Notes under the pieces: model-generated | What the model was told of the DNA's origin: nothing | Databases searched by the model: none | What the model saw: the letters and a program-made list of their open reading frames with translations, nothing else | Assembly (NCBI RefSeq): GCF_006345805.1 | Contig: NC_043004.1 | Span: 76,942,001 to 77,006,000, forward strand | Length of the DNA: 64,000 nt | Direction: 5' to 3' | Origin: Octopus sinensis | Lineage: Eukaryota | Translations under genes and position numbers: made by a program | In this document: piece by piece, positions 12,289 through 23,534 of the stretch | Layout of the letters: the number at the start of each line of letters is the position of its first letter | How positions within the stretch are numbered: the first letter of the stretch is position 1

Positions 12289-13019
12289 TTGTATTCCTTA
12301 TTTCTTTATTCCTTATCATATGAGGTAAGTTAAACTTTTAGGTTTTAGGTTTTTTAGGAATTTGACCTGAGGAGTGACTGTTTCACCATTTTATAGTTTC
12401 ACCATTTTATAAATGGTGAAACAGGTCGTGTATATATATACTACCAAAATATGACCTTTTTGAACATATAATTTTCTGTGTATATATACAGATACTTCCA
12501 AACAAATATTTTTTATGAACTTTTTAATAATTTCTCAAGATTTTTTCTGTAAACTGTTTTTAACATGTTCTTCTTCTTATTATTATTATCAAAGAATGTA
12601 TATATGTACTGTAATATTTTGTGACAACCAGTACCTAACACAACAAAGCTTTTACATGTTACTCTTGACAATCTTTTTCTAAAAAAGTGAAACTGGTCAA
12701 GTGAATAAACATCTTTTAAAATTGCATTTTCAAACCTTCTTTCATATATAATTCCACTTGTGTGGTACCTTACAACTTCACTTTGCTATATATACATATA
12801 TATATACACACACACACATATATATATACACACACACATATATATATATGTATACACACGCATGCACACATATATACAGATAATAAAAGAAATGGACCAG
12901 CAATTAGTAGTTGATCATTGATATAAAAAGGTCATAGTTTAATTGTCATAAAAAAAAATGCTGTTTCAGTTTTTTTATTTTTGAAGTAAATTTGCATGTA
13001 ACAAATATCAGAATGATAC

Positions 13020-14260
13020 TTAGCCAAAGATAAACCTCTGTACTCGGCTTTCGTTGACATGGAGAAAGCCTTTGACGGCATCCCCCCGATCCCTTATCTG
13101 GTGGTCAATGAGGAAACTAGGGATAGATGAATGGTTAGTGAGCACTGTGCAATCCATGTACAGGGATGCTGTCAGTAAGATGAGGGTTGGCAATGAGTAC
13201 AGTGAAGAATTCCGGGTAACGGTAGGGGTCCACCAAGGATCAGTCCTCAGCCCCCTCTTGTTCATCAGAGTCCTTCAAGCAATAACCAAGGAATTCAAGA
13301 CAGGATGCTTCTGGGAACTTGTCTATGCTGATGACCTTGCTCTAATAGGTGAGTCACTATCAGAACTAGAGGAGAAGTTTCAGGTGTGGAAGTAAGGTCT
13401 AGAATCAAAGGGCCTTAGAGTCAAGCTAGCAAAAACTGAAGTCTTAATATGTAGGAAGTCAAACAAACCACAAATCCCTTCAGGTAGATGGCCCTGTAGA
13501 AAAGCTGTAGGTAGAAACTCTATAAGATGTACCAAGTGTAAGCTATGGACACATAAGAGGTGCAGCAATATCAAAGGAACGCTAACTGGGAAGATAGTTT
13601 TTGTGGGTGGATAATGCTCAGGAAAAATAAACACTGAAAATGTGCAGAGAACAGCTCCTGTCACATTCCAAGGGGAAAAAGTAGTTGATAGCTTCCGCTA
13701 CCTAGGTGACCAAGTCAGGCATGGGGGTGAATGCTCTGAAAGTGTAGCTGCTAAAATAAGAATAGCCAGGGCAAGGTTCAGAGAGCTGCTACCTCTGCTT
13801 GCTGAGAGTGAAAGGTAGACTGCATGATGCATGTGTGCAAACTGCCAAGAGACATGTCAGTGAAACATGGGCTAGGACTGCTGAGGACATGTGTAACCTT
13901 GCAAGGAATGAAGCCAGTATGTTCTGCTGGATGTGTAATGTCAGTGTGCATACACAACAGAGTGTAAGTGCCCTGAGAGAAAAGTTGGACTTAAGAAGCA
14001 TCAGATGTGGTGTGCAAGAGTGATGACTGCACTGGTATGATTATGTATTGTGAATGGATGAGGACAGCTGTGTGAAAAAGTGTCACACCCTAGCAGTTGA
14101 GGGAACCTGTGGAAGAGGTAGACCCAGGAAGACCTGGGATGAGGTGGTGAAGCATGACCTTCAAACATTGGGCCTCATCAAGGCAATGACTAGTGACCGA
14201 GACCTTTGGTGATATGCTGTTTGAGAAGACCCAGCAAGCCAAGTGAGACCGTAGCCCATG
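13020..14260 (+). pseudogene. RTE-clade LINE reverse transcriptase, 5'-truncated and degraded
   Basis: AFVDMEKAFD, GVHQGSVLSPLLF, YADD, KTE, DSFRYLG, ETW, GRPRKTW motifs; several stops and frameshifts. Confidence 0.92.
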
Positions 14261-14795
14261 GCCTATGCCAGTACTGTATAACCAGCCCATTTAAGAGTAC
14301 CCTTCAATCATTGGGCAATAAAATGTGCTTGTGAAGACCTGTTGAGGCATGTGAAATCGAAATCATTGTCGTGGCTAATGACAGTACCACCTGATTGGCA
14401 TCTGTGGCCATAGAATGTTAAAAGCACCATTTGAGCATGATCGTTGCCAGGGCCGCTGACTGGCTCCCATACTGGTGGCACGTAAAAAGCACAATTCAAG
14501 CGTGATTGTTGCCAGTGTCACCTGACCAGCTCCTGTGCTAGTGGGACATAAAAAATACCATCCAAGTGTGGATGTTGCCAGTGCCGCCAGACTGGCTCCT
14601 GTGCAGGTGGCATGTAAAAAGTGCCATTTGAGCATGGTGAATGCCAGTATTACCTGAGCGGCCCTCATGCCAGTGGCATGTAAAAGCACCCACTACACTC
14701 TTGGAGTGGTTGGCATTAGGAAGGGCATACAGCTGTAGAAACTTTGCCAGATCAGATTGGAGCCTGGTGCAGCTTTCTGGTTCGCCAGCCCTCAC
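14261..14795 (+). mobile_element. 3' UTR of the RTE LINE (tandem ~60-70 bp modules)
   Basis: Contiguous with the RT; same modules as the dispersed RTE-tail copies. Confidence 0.8.
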
Positions 14796-14805
14796 TATCT
14801 CAATT

Positions 14806-14863
<58 letters not shown>

Positions 14864-14939
14864 TATATGTATAAATATATATTCAGAATTCCATTTCAAA
14901 CAAGGACAAATATTTACATTTAAGATGATAATTTAACCA

Positions 14940-15175
14940 TGTTGTGGACACAATTATATAGACCAAACAAGGACATCACAGATGGAGAGCTACACTGCAT
15001 AAGCAGCAGATCTATTTCCCAAGGCATAGACAGACACCGTTGAGTGAACACTTTGGTAGATGTGCAGAGAATCTCCAACCATCTACCAATGCAAGGAAAC
15101 AATTTCTATACAAGAACAGATAAATAAAGAAAATATATTTATCGAAAAATACAAATCATGCCTGAATATAAACAC
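14940..15175 (+). pseudogene. Penelope-like GIY-YIG endonuclease remnant
   Basis: YIDQT..., then shifted LHKQQIYFPRHRQTPLSEHFGRC, ending FIEKYKSCLN. Confidence 0.55.
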
Positions 15176-15570
15176 ATACACAATTTTGGTGTTTGTAAAT
15201 ATTTTAATTCATGAACACATAACCAACATTATACATATTTTATCTCACTATTTTAACTCATGAGTTTATATAAATTTACCTGTCTTCCAAGTGCAGTTAC
15301 CACTCCTGTCTCGAATAATAACAATCACCAATTATCTCACCTTAGCTTTTTTCTTTTTGTTGTTTTTATTTTTATATAATTAGTTTTTCTTATTTCTTTT
15401 TTTTTCTTTTGTTTTATATAAATCCCACTAATTTTGTAACTCTTATTTTCAGTTTTTTCAACTGCAGAGTAAACAATTTTGTTCCAGTCACTCACTATCA
15501 ACAGGATCAATAATTTGCATAGTGTATGTATTTAAATATTTATATCTAATTCCACCTTTATGTTTTCTAT

Positions 15571-15830
15571 GTGAAGATGCGTGACCTTGTGGTTAAGCTG
15601 TTGCACTCACAATCACTCGTGCATAGGTTTGATCCCCAGGCTGGGTGATGCATTCTATTCTTGAGCAAAACACTTCATTTCACATTGCTACAGTCCCCAT
15701 GTCAGTCAGTGGGAAAAGTTGCCCTACTCACCTAGCCATCTAGGGGTGTCATTCAAAGGCTAAAACAATTCAAAGCACATTGTGACCAGCGTTGTGGAAC
15801 AATCTGATAGTCTGATTGGTCATGTGATCG
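15571..15830 (+). mobile_element. SINE family D (diverged)
   Basis: tRNA-like head; TTCTTGAGCAAAACACTTCATTTCACATTGC shared with 33.4-33.9 kb copies. Confidence 0.6.
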
Positions 15831-16464
15831 CATGATCACATGATGTTTCCTATGTCTGATTTTAAGAATGTTAGTGTGTATTTGTATACTTTTGTATGTT
15901 TAAGGACATCTTGACATTCATTTCAAATTAATGCAAATAATTGATACGTATGATAAAGTATTGACTCTCAAATGTAAAAAGACAAATGGCACAGACATGG
16001 TTGAGTGATTAAGATGCTTGCTTTGTAACCACATGGTTTCAGGTTCAGTCCCACCATGCAAACCTTGGATAAGTGTTTTCTACTCTAGCTCCAGGCGAAC
16101 CAATACCCTGTAAATAAAGTTGGTAGATGGAAACTGTGTGGAAGTCTGTTGTATTTCCTGTCAAACCATCCGACCCATGCCAACATGGAAAATAGATGTT
16201 AAATGAAATGATCGGCATGAATGATGGTGCCAACATAAGAAAGCCAAAATAACCTGATTATCTAACTTAGGTATTTATACCGTTATTAAATGAACAGCAT
16301 CAACCATTATCTCAGTATGTACATGCACTCCAATAGGCTCATATTCCCTCCCGTAGTGTTACAGACACTAAATTTGATTTTAAATTTGATTTTTATTTTT
16401 AATCTTAATTTCAAGTGTTAACCTCATTTTGATTTTTAACTGTAATTATTTATTTATCCTCACC

Positions 16465-16643
16465 TAGGAGTGACTGTGTGGTAAGTAGCTTGCTTACCAA
16501 CAACATGGCTCCGGGTTCAGTCCCACTGTGTGGCACCTTGGGCAAGTGTCTTCTACTATAGCCTTGGGCTGACCAAAGCCTTGTGAGTGGATTTGGCAGA
16601 TGGAAACTGAAAGAAGCCTGTCGTATATATGTATGCATGTGTG

Positions 16644-16674
<31 letters not shown>

Positions 16675-16895
16675 GTGTGTATATGTTTGTTTGTCTGTGT
16701 TTGTCCTCCCAACATCGCCTGACAACCGATGCTGGTGTATTTACTTCTCCCTAACTTAGTGGTTAGGCAAAAAGAGACTGATAGAATAAGTACTAAGCAT
16801 CAAAAGAATAAGTCCTGGGGTTGATTTGCTTGACTAAAGATGGTGCTCCAGCATGGTCGCAGTCAAATGACTGAAACAAGTAAAAGAGTAAAGAG
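16465..16895 (+). mobile_element. SINE family A, full length
   Basis: Similarity to 990-1391. Confidence 0.85.
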
Positions 16896-16974
16896 TACTC
16901 CATTTCAGGATACTTTTGAAGTTAATATCCCAAATGGTTAGTTCAAAATTGTACGTGAATTCTATGTTATCTTT

Positions 16975-17231
16975 CTCTTACTTGTTTCAATCACTGGACT
17001 GTGGCTATTCTGGGTGACTACCGTGAAGAGTTTAGTTTAATGAATCAACCCCAGGAGTTAGTTTGAGCCCTTTTGCTGAACCTCTAAGTTTCCGTCTACC
17101 AAATCCACTCACAAGGCTTTGGTTGACCCATAGCTATAGTAGAAGACACTTGCCCAAGGTGCAATGCATTGGGAATGAACCCAGAACCATGTGGTTGGTA
17201 AGCAAGCTACTTACCACAAGCCACTCCTGCT
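16975..17231 (-). mobile_element. SINE family A, internally deleted
   Basis: Both ends present, middle missing. Confidence 0.7.
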
Positions 17232-17836
17232 TTTAGCTACTTATCACACAGTAATTATTATTTTAATTTTTCTTTTATATTAATAAAAGTAAAATTCTGT
17301 CTGTCTGTCCAGGACCCCTGTATCTCAGCCGGCATTTGCTCTACATAGACATATTATAACTTTTTGGAATCAGGATGATCCTGGAATAGAAAATTTGCCC
17401 TTCATTTAGTTCTTGAACATCCAGCATTGGAATCTAATTTAAAAGCATTTGGGTTGCTATTCCTAGCAGGTAGAGCTTGGCTGATTCATACCACCCTGGT
17501 TGGCATTTGTTAGAGGATGTCAGAGCTCCAGGAGGAGATAAACGACATTCACTTCATTAATTTTACTTTAAGTTAAGAACTTTGAGACAAGTTGGCCAAC
17601 AGCTGGAATTGAACTAGGGACTGGAACAGTACAATAATTGTATTACAGAATTAATTCTCATCTGTCCTTAACTTCTGTTCAAACACCACCAGGGCATATA
17701 GTCATTATAGGCATATTATAATCATGCTATTTAGCTCTCTTTAGTTTTGGGCTACAGGCCCAGTTAGTGCTCCACAGGAGCCAACTTAAAAGTCCACACA
17801 GAGTACAGCTTTTAAACTAGTCCTTAATAATTCTAT

Positions 17837-18252
17837 TGTAACGTGAAAGGATCTATCATCGAAGCACTGGCAGGGTGTCGAGATCCTTTCTAGTCACATA
17901 CAAAAATTCTTGTAGAAAACAAACCGACGAAACTCAGGTTAAAGGTGAACAGACAACTTGGTTTATTGATTCATGGTTGTACGTTGTCTGATGGGGAATA
18001 GACAGCCTCTGATATACTGCTGGTGTTGGTCGTTGAGGTTGGTTGAAGTTGGTTGAAGTTGGTGTGTGGCTGTCAGAGCCAGGAAAACCGTGACCGATCG
18101 CAGTGCTGTCTAAGCCGAAGAGAGAGATTTGAGGTTCGCGGGCTCGAGAGATGTTTTCCCGCACATGCGCATGGGGAAGACTTCCGGTGGCCACCCGGAA
18201 GTAGTCCCATTCTGCGCATGCGCGCCGAACCCTACACTGTAGCATCACTACA
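17837..18252 (-). repeat. 3' LTR (416 bp)
   Basis: Direct repeat of 21830-22246; AATAAA on minus strand at 17967-17962. Confidence 0.95.
18164..18223. promoter_or_regulatory. U3 palindromic motif cluster (NRF1-like and ETS-like sites)
   Basis: CATGCGCATG 18164-18173, ACTTCCGG 18180-18187, CCGGAAGT 18195-18202, GCGCATGCGC 18214-18223. Confidence 0.5.
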
Positions 18253-18264
18253 GGGCTCCCCTCC
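18253..18264 (-). other. Polypurine tract
   Basis: Minus strand GGAGGGGAGCCC immediately before TGTAG of the 3' LTR. Confidence 0.8.
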
Positions 18265-18376
18265 GAGTGCGAAGTACGGCAACCAGAATATTGTGGTGGT
18301 GCTGCAGAAAACAGAAGGCTTGCCGATCCCCCAGAAGACTTGGTACATACTATTATACAATAAGAAACATTTAAAG

Positions 18377-19790
18377 TTAAATGTAAATTGTTTTTGAAAG
18401 TTTCTTGGGCCAATGCACTGTTCTGCCCGATTTTGTAACATACGGTGTGCTCGGGGCACCCGTTGACGGCGAGGGTGTGTTTGTAGGAGCCGGTGAAGGT
18501 TTTTGTGCAGGTGAAGGCGTTTGTGCAGGTGAAGGCGTTTGTGCAGGTGAAAGTGTTGTTAAAGGTGCATAGGTGGGTGTGTCAAGGTTGTCATCAAAAG
18601 ATGAAGACGTCTCAAAATGTGCCTTTTTTAAACGGTCCACGGAAACGGTCTCCGAACGACCATTTATCTCAATCGTGAAAACCTTTGGTGTGCGAGAAAG
18701 CACACGAAAAGGTCCTTTATAGGGAGAAACAAGTGGGCCCTTCACAGAATCGTCCCGAACAAAAACATGCGACCAGGTGTTCATATCCGGTGGAAGATGG
18801 GACGGTGGAGATTGCTTTCTGGGAAGCATGGGCGGAAGGTTTGAAAAATATTCCCGCAGTCTGGTGACATAGGTCGCCGGATCATGGGGCGGGGAAGTGT
18901 CTGGCACCAACATCGTACCGGGCAATGCCAGTGTGGTACCATACAGCAGCTCTGCAGCAGAAAACCCCAGGTCTGCCTTGACAGCAGTCCGACAGCCGAG
19001 AAGCACAATGGGCAGAAATTCGATCCAGGACTGTGGGTCCGAAGAGGCACGAAGAGCGGCCTTGAGCTGTCTATGGAACCGCTCAACCAATCCATTAGAC
19101 GCTGGATGGTAGCTTGTGGTGTGGATATGGTGCATACCCAAAATTCGCGACAATTCGCGAAATAGCGAGGCCTCAAACTGTCGTCCACGATCAGTTGTCA
19201 ATCGGGACGGGACTCCGAAGCGAGAAATCCAGTTTGAAACGAAAGCTCGCGCAACAGTCTCAGCAGAAATGTCTGCTATCGGAATGGCTTCTGGCCAGCG
19301 GGAGAAACGATCGACACAAGTTAATAGATAAGAGAACCCGCGACTCACAGGCCATGGTCCAACCAGATCGTGTGGATGTGGACATGGCGAAAACGGGCCT
19401 CCGTGGGGGGAAATTGTCCAAGCGGGGCACGAACGTGCCGTTGAATCTTGGATCGTTGACACTTGGAGCAGGTGCGTGTCCAAGAGTAATTGTGCGACGC
19501 ATATTCGGCCAGAAAAACCGAGCAGTGATTAGTTTGAGGGTGGCAGCGATGCCAGGATGTGATAAGGAGTGCAGTGCTTCAAACACTGAGCGTTGATGGG
19601 TCTCAGGCACCAGTGGCCTGGGAGATCCAGTTGAAGTGTCACAAAGAATGGTGCCTTCGGCTGACGGAAGCGGAAGGTAGGAAAACTGGCAACAGGAGAA
19701 CTTGGGAGAAGTTAAATCTAACGACGCCAAAGGTGGCTGCTCCTGCGATATGGCAGCTAAGTCGATAGCAGCAGGAGACGAAGGGCGCAA
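18377..19790 (-). CDS. pol: Integrase part of pol (HHCC + rve core + Pro-rich tail), split by frameshifts
   Basis: H-SLSH-PG...WPNM, then TCSKC in a shifted frame; [30 protein letters not shown]; C-terminal [10 protein letters not shown]. Confidence 0.9.
18504..18557 (-). repeat. 18-bp x3 coding tandem repeat in the integrase tail (SPAQTP-like)
   Basis: TGTGCAGGTGAAGGCGTT x3. Confidence 0.9.
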
Positions 19791-19799
19791 ACTGGAAGG

Positions 19800-20340
19800 C
19801 GAGAGAGCGTCAGCAGGAACGTTCTCTTTTCCAGGTATGTGTCGAATGTTGCTAGTAAATTGAGAGATAAAATCCAGGTGCCGAAAAGCACGGGGTGAGA
19901 GTTTGTCCGTTTTTGAAAACAGGCAAACGTAAGGGGCTTGTGATCCGTATAGATCACAAAATCTCGCCCTTCAAGTTGATGCTGGAAATGACGACCGATA
20001 GATAGATCGCTAGGAGCTCACGATCAAAGGTGCTGTATCGTCGTTCAGCTGGTTGCAGTTGACGGGAAAGAAGGCTAGAGGTCGAACATGGTCATCCACT
20101 GTGTGTTGTAACACAGCGCCAATGGCAGTGTCCGATGCGTCCACAGTCAAAGAGAGAGAAGCACCAGGAACTGGATGTGCAAGCAAAGAAACACGCCAGC
20201 TCCTTCTTAATGGACTCAAAGGCTGTCACTGCCTCAACAGAGAGGTGACTTGACTGTCCTTTCTAGGAGAGTCCTTTAACAGCCTGGTGAGAGGTAGCAG
20301 CTTATCTGCACAACCGGGAATGAAGCGTCGGTAGAAATTG
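19800..20340 (-). CDS. pol: RNase H part of pol (frameshifted)
   Basis: LLAHP...[15 protein letters not shown]...RPLAFF; [11 protein letters not shown]. Confidence 0.85.
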
Positions 20341-20347
20341 ACCATCC

Positions 20348-21060
20348 CTAGATAATGCCTGAGCTGGCGCAAGGAAGTGGGGGTGCGATGCGTTGAATGG
20401 CATCGACTTTTGACGAGAGGGGGCTGATTCCAGTCGAATCAATATGATGCCCTAGAAAATCTAGGGAAGAGCGTCCGAAAACACACTTGTCGGGGTTTAT
20501 GCGTATGCTATACGCGCGAAGACGCTGGAAGAGTTGAGAAAGGTGCCGGAGATGATTTTCTCGTGTGTCGCTCGCAATGAGTATGTCATCGACATAGGCA
20601 AACACAAAATCAAGACCGCGGACAACCTCATCAATGAAACGCTGGAAGGTGCTAGTAGCATTCCGCAAACCGAAACTCATGTACAAAAACTCAAAACACC
20701 CAAACGGGGTAGTGATTGCAGTTTTTGGAACGTCGGCTGGGTTGACCGGTATTTGGTGGTAAGCGCGTATCAGATCGACCTTCGAAAAAATGGTACAACC
20801 ATGGAGATTTGCTGTAAAGTCCCGGAGATTTCTAATCGGATAGCGATCGGCTATTGTGACGGCATTGAGGCGTCGATAGTCTCCAACCGGGCGAAAATCA
20901 GACTCGCCCTTTCGCGCCAAATGAAGGGAGATGCCCATGGGCTGGTGGAGGGGCGTATAAGGCCAAGTTGAAGCATGTGCTCAAACTCGGCTCTGGCCGT
21001 TTTTAGTCGGTCTGGCGCTAGGCGCCGGGGGCGTGAGAATACAGGTGGCCCATTGGTGGT
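20348..21060 (-). CDS. pol: Reverse transcriptase part of pol (frameshifted)
   Basis: [55 protein letters not shown]. Confidence 0.92.
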
Positions 21061-21597
21061 GATGAAATGGAGGGTCGAGTGGGTAGGATTTTCCGGTTTA
21101 AAGGCAATGTCCACTAGCTCCGGAAATGAAACCAAAAGAGAGTGAAATGGGTCTCCAGAGGTGGCCAAAGAATGTCGGGCTAAGGACCGCAGTGGTGGAA
21201 CTCCCAGTCGGTGTAGAGAGCGACGTCGTGCTATCAAGAAGCCTCCGACGCCTGACATCCACCAATAGGTTAAACCTATCCAGGAAATCAGCGCCGAGAA
21301 TAGGATGTGGGATGTCAGCGATGACGAAAACCCATCGAAAGTCTCGGCGAAGGTTGAGGTTGAGGCGCAGCGAAATCTGACCGTAAGTGGTTATGGGAGA
21401 CGAGTCAATAGCATGCAAGACAATCGAAGAGCGCTTCGGCTTGTCTGCAGCCAGACGAAGGGCCAGATGCTGCAACAGGAACCGGTGTCTACCATGAAGA
21501 ATGTCTTCGACACCAGATCTTTTACATAGAATGCACGATGTTTGGGAAACGAGATGGAAGAAGGTGACGTGCTCACCTCCTCCGGATTTAGTTTTCC
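21061..21597 (-). CDS. pol: Aspartic protease part of pol
   Basis: FMVDTGSCCSIWP; later ILGADFL in a shifted frame. Confidence 0.85.
21556..21597 (-). promoter_or_regulatory. Predicted -1 ribosomal frameshift signal
   Basis: G GAA AAC 21597-21591, gag TAA, 7-nt spacer, 11-bp stem GGAGGAGGTGA/TCACCTTCTTC. Confidence 0.65.
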
Positions 21598-21743
21598 GAG
21601 GGCTTGAAAGTGCACGGCTGGGTACACCGATCTGCCCTTTTGGTAGAGTGACTACGACTGCGTTGTCGGCGCTCGATCGCACGGGATAGATCGTCGATTC
21701 GCCGCGTGAGCGCATCAATCCGCTCGGCTAGTGAAATTTGCGC
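21588..21743 (-). pseudogene. gag: gag C-terminal remnant
   Basis: AQISLAERIDALTRRIDDLSRAIERRQRSRSHSTKRADRCTQPCTFKPSEN*; only the second half of a CHCC knuckle. Confidence 0.7.
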
Positions 21744-21809
21744 AGGGCCCCCTTGTTTCTCCCTATCAATATGATGCCCTAGAAAATCTAGGGAAGAGCG
21801 TCCGAAAAC

Positions 21810-21827
21810 ATCACGTCGGGGTCACCA
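21810..21827 (-). other. Primer binding site complementary to the tRNA-Trp 3' end
   Basis: Minus strand TGGTGACCCCGACGTGAT, 2 nt after the 5' LTR. Confidence 0.9.
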
Positions 21828-21829
21828 AT

Positions 21830-22246
21830 TGTACGTGAAAGGATCTATCATCTCGAAGCACTGGCAGGGTGTCGAGATCCTTTCTAGTCACATACAAAAA
21901 TTCTTGTAGAAAACAAACCGACGAAACTCAGGTTAAGGTGAACAGACAACTTGGTTTATTGATTCATGGTTGTACGTTGTCTGATGGGGGAATAGACAAG
22001 CCTCTGATATACTGCTGGTGTTGGTCGTTGAGGTTGGTTGAAGTTGGTTGAAGTTGGTGTGTGGCTGTCAGAGCCGGAAAACCGTGACCGATCGCAGTGC
22101 TGTCTAGAGCCGAAGAGAGAGATTTGAGGTTCGCGGCTCGAGAGATGTTTTCCCGCACATGCGCATGGGGAAGACTTCCGGTGGCCACCCGGAAGTAGTC
22201 CCATTCTGCGCATGCGCGCCGAACCCTACACTGTAGCATCACTACA
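21830..22246 (-). repeat. 5' LTR (417 bp)
   Basis: Direct repeat of 17837-18252. Confidence 0.95.
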
Positions 22247-22381
22247 CTATCAAGATTGATAATGACATATGCCACCTTTGGAGAAATTTTTGGTTCTTGA
22301 GGTTATCGCCCTTCCTCAAGAAAAATTGGTCTTAATTACAATTCGGTTATTATAATACACTCCCTAGAGGTGGAGACAAAT

Positions 22382-22610
22382 TTAAACCTTTAGCATTTAA
22401 ACTGGTCATATCTGGCCAAAATATTCTACCTGTTTTATGTTCAAACTGGCCAAAACCAGCCTCTTAGACTTTCCCAACAATACCATTCTAAATATAAACA
22501 ATCACATCATTAAAATCTCAAAGCTACGAGATAAGCCATGATTGATTTAAAACAATAAGGATAAATAAGCAATACATTTGACAAAGGAATGTGAAAGCTT
22601 AAAGGATTAA
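22382..22610. mobile_element. piggyBac-type MITE, family 2 (diverged)
   Basis: TTAAACCTTTAGCATT...TTAAAGGATTAA; related pieces at 26615-26810, 36686-36785 and 37750-37850. Confidence 0.6.
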
Positions 22611-23214
22611 TAAATCAAGAAATTTTGTTGTATGGTATTTGATACACCTGTGTATTATTCAAACACATGCCACTGGCCATTCTAAGTTATTTCCCTTAGC
22701 TCACTTTTTAATTCAAATTATGCAAATTATATCAGTCATAAATGTGATCTATTATAGCTTCGTTAAGCTATACACAAAAAATCAACCGGGAATAAGAATG
22801 TGTATTTATTTCATTTTGTTTGGTTACATACCCTGAGGGCAACTGCGATCGGCCATCTCAAGTCTCTGACTAAAGTCCCTCCTAATCAGGAGTCTTTTCT
22901 CTGTAGATGAGCTCACTAGCTAGCCCACAGTGAAGTTCCTGTCTACAGTTCATCTGTTATCAGTCCTTTCATAGTACCCTACGCTATTCTTTTTTTTTTT
23001 ATTTTGTATAAATCTAAGTCCTTTGGCTACTGGAAATAAACAAGTGTCTAGCTGATGACAGTTATTGAGGCAGAAAATGTATCCCTGATGATAATATGCC
23101 TGTCCTTTTCTTTAATGGTATGTGAACAGTGGAGAATTTTGGATCTGGGGATTATCACCTCTTTAGTAATTACTATAGTTCCTCTAGAGGTGAAGAACAT
23201 TTGAACAAATCAAA

Positions 23215-23415
23215 GCACCTATGCAAGTGCCCCATAAAAAGCACCCAGTACATTTTATAAAGTGGTCAGCATTTGGAATGGCATCCAGTCAAAGAAACCT
23301 TGCCAAAACAGATAACTGGAGCCTGGTGCAGCCATCCAGCTTGCTGGCAACTGTTAAACCATCCAGCTTATGCCAGCATCGAAAATAGACATTCAAGGAT
23401 GATGATGATAATGAT
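23215..23415 (+). mobile_element. RTE 3' end copy
   Basis: Family motifs and (GAT)n tail. Confidence 0.7.
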
Positions 23416-23534
23416 GATGAAATATCTAAGTTGTATGGTATTTGATATATGTGTATTTGTCTGTTTTTCAAGTGCATACCTCTGGCAACCCAGTTATTAC
23501 TCTTAATTCATGTATTCTATTCTTTTATTCTTTT

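Larger units (their letters stand above)
17837..22246 (-). mobile_element. Ty3/gypsy LTR retrotransposon, CsRn1-clade-like, gag-deleted
   Basis: TGT...ACA LTRs, CTAT TSD (17833-17836, 22247-22250), tRNA-Trp PBS, PPT, PR-RT-RH-IN order. Confidence 0.95.

Noticed and set aside
17934-18413. 159-aa ORF across the 3' LTR, and plus-strand ORFs antisense to pol
   Set aside because: No domain signature; explained by GC-rich LTR and pol sequence.
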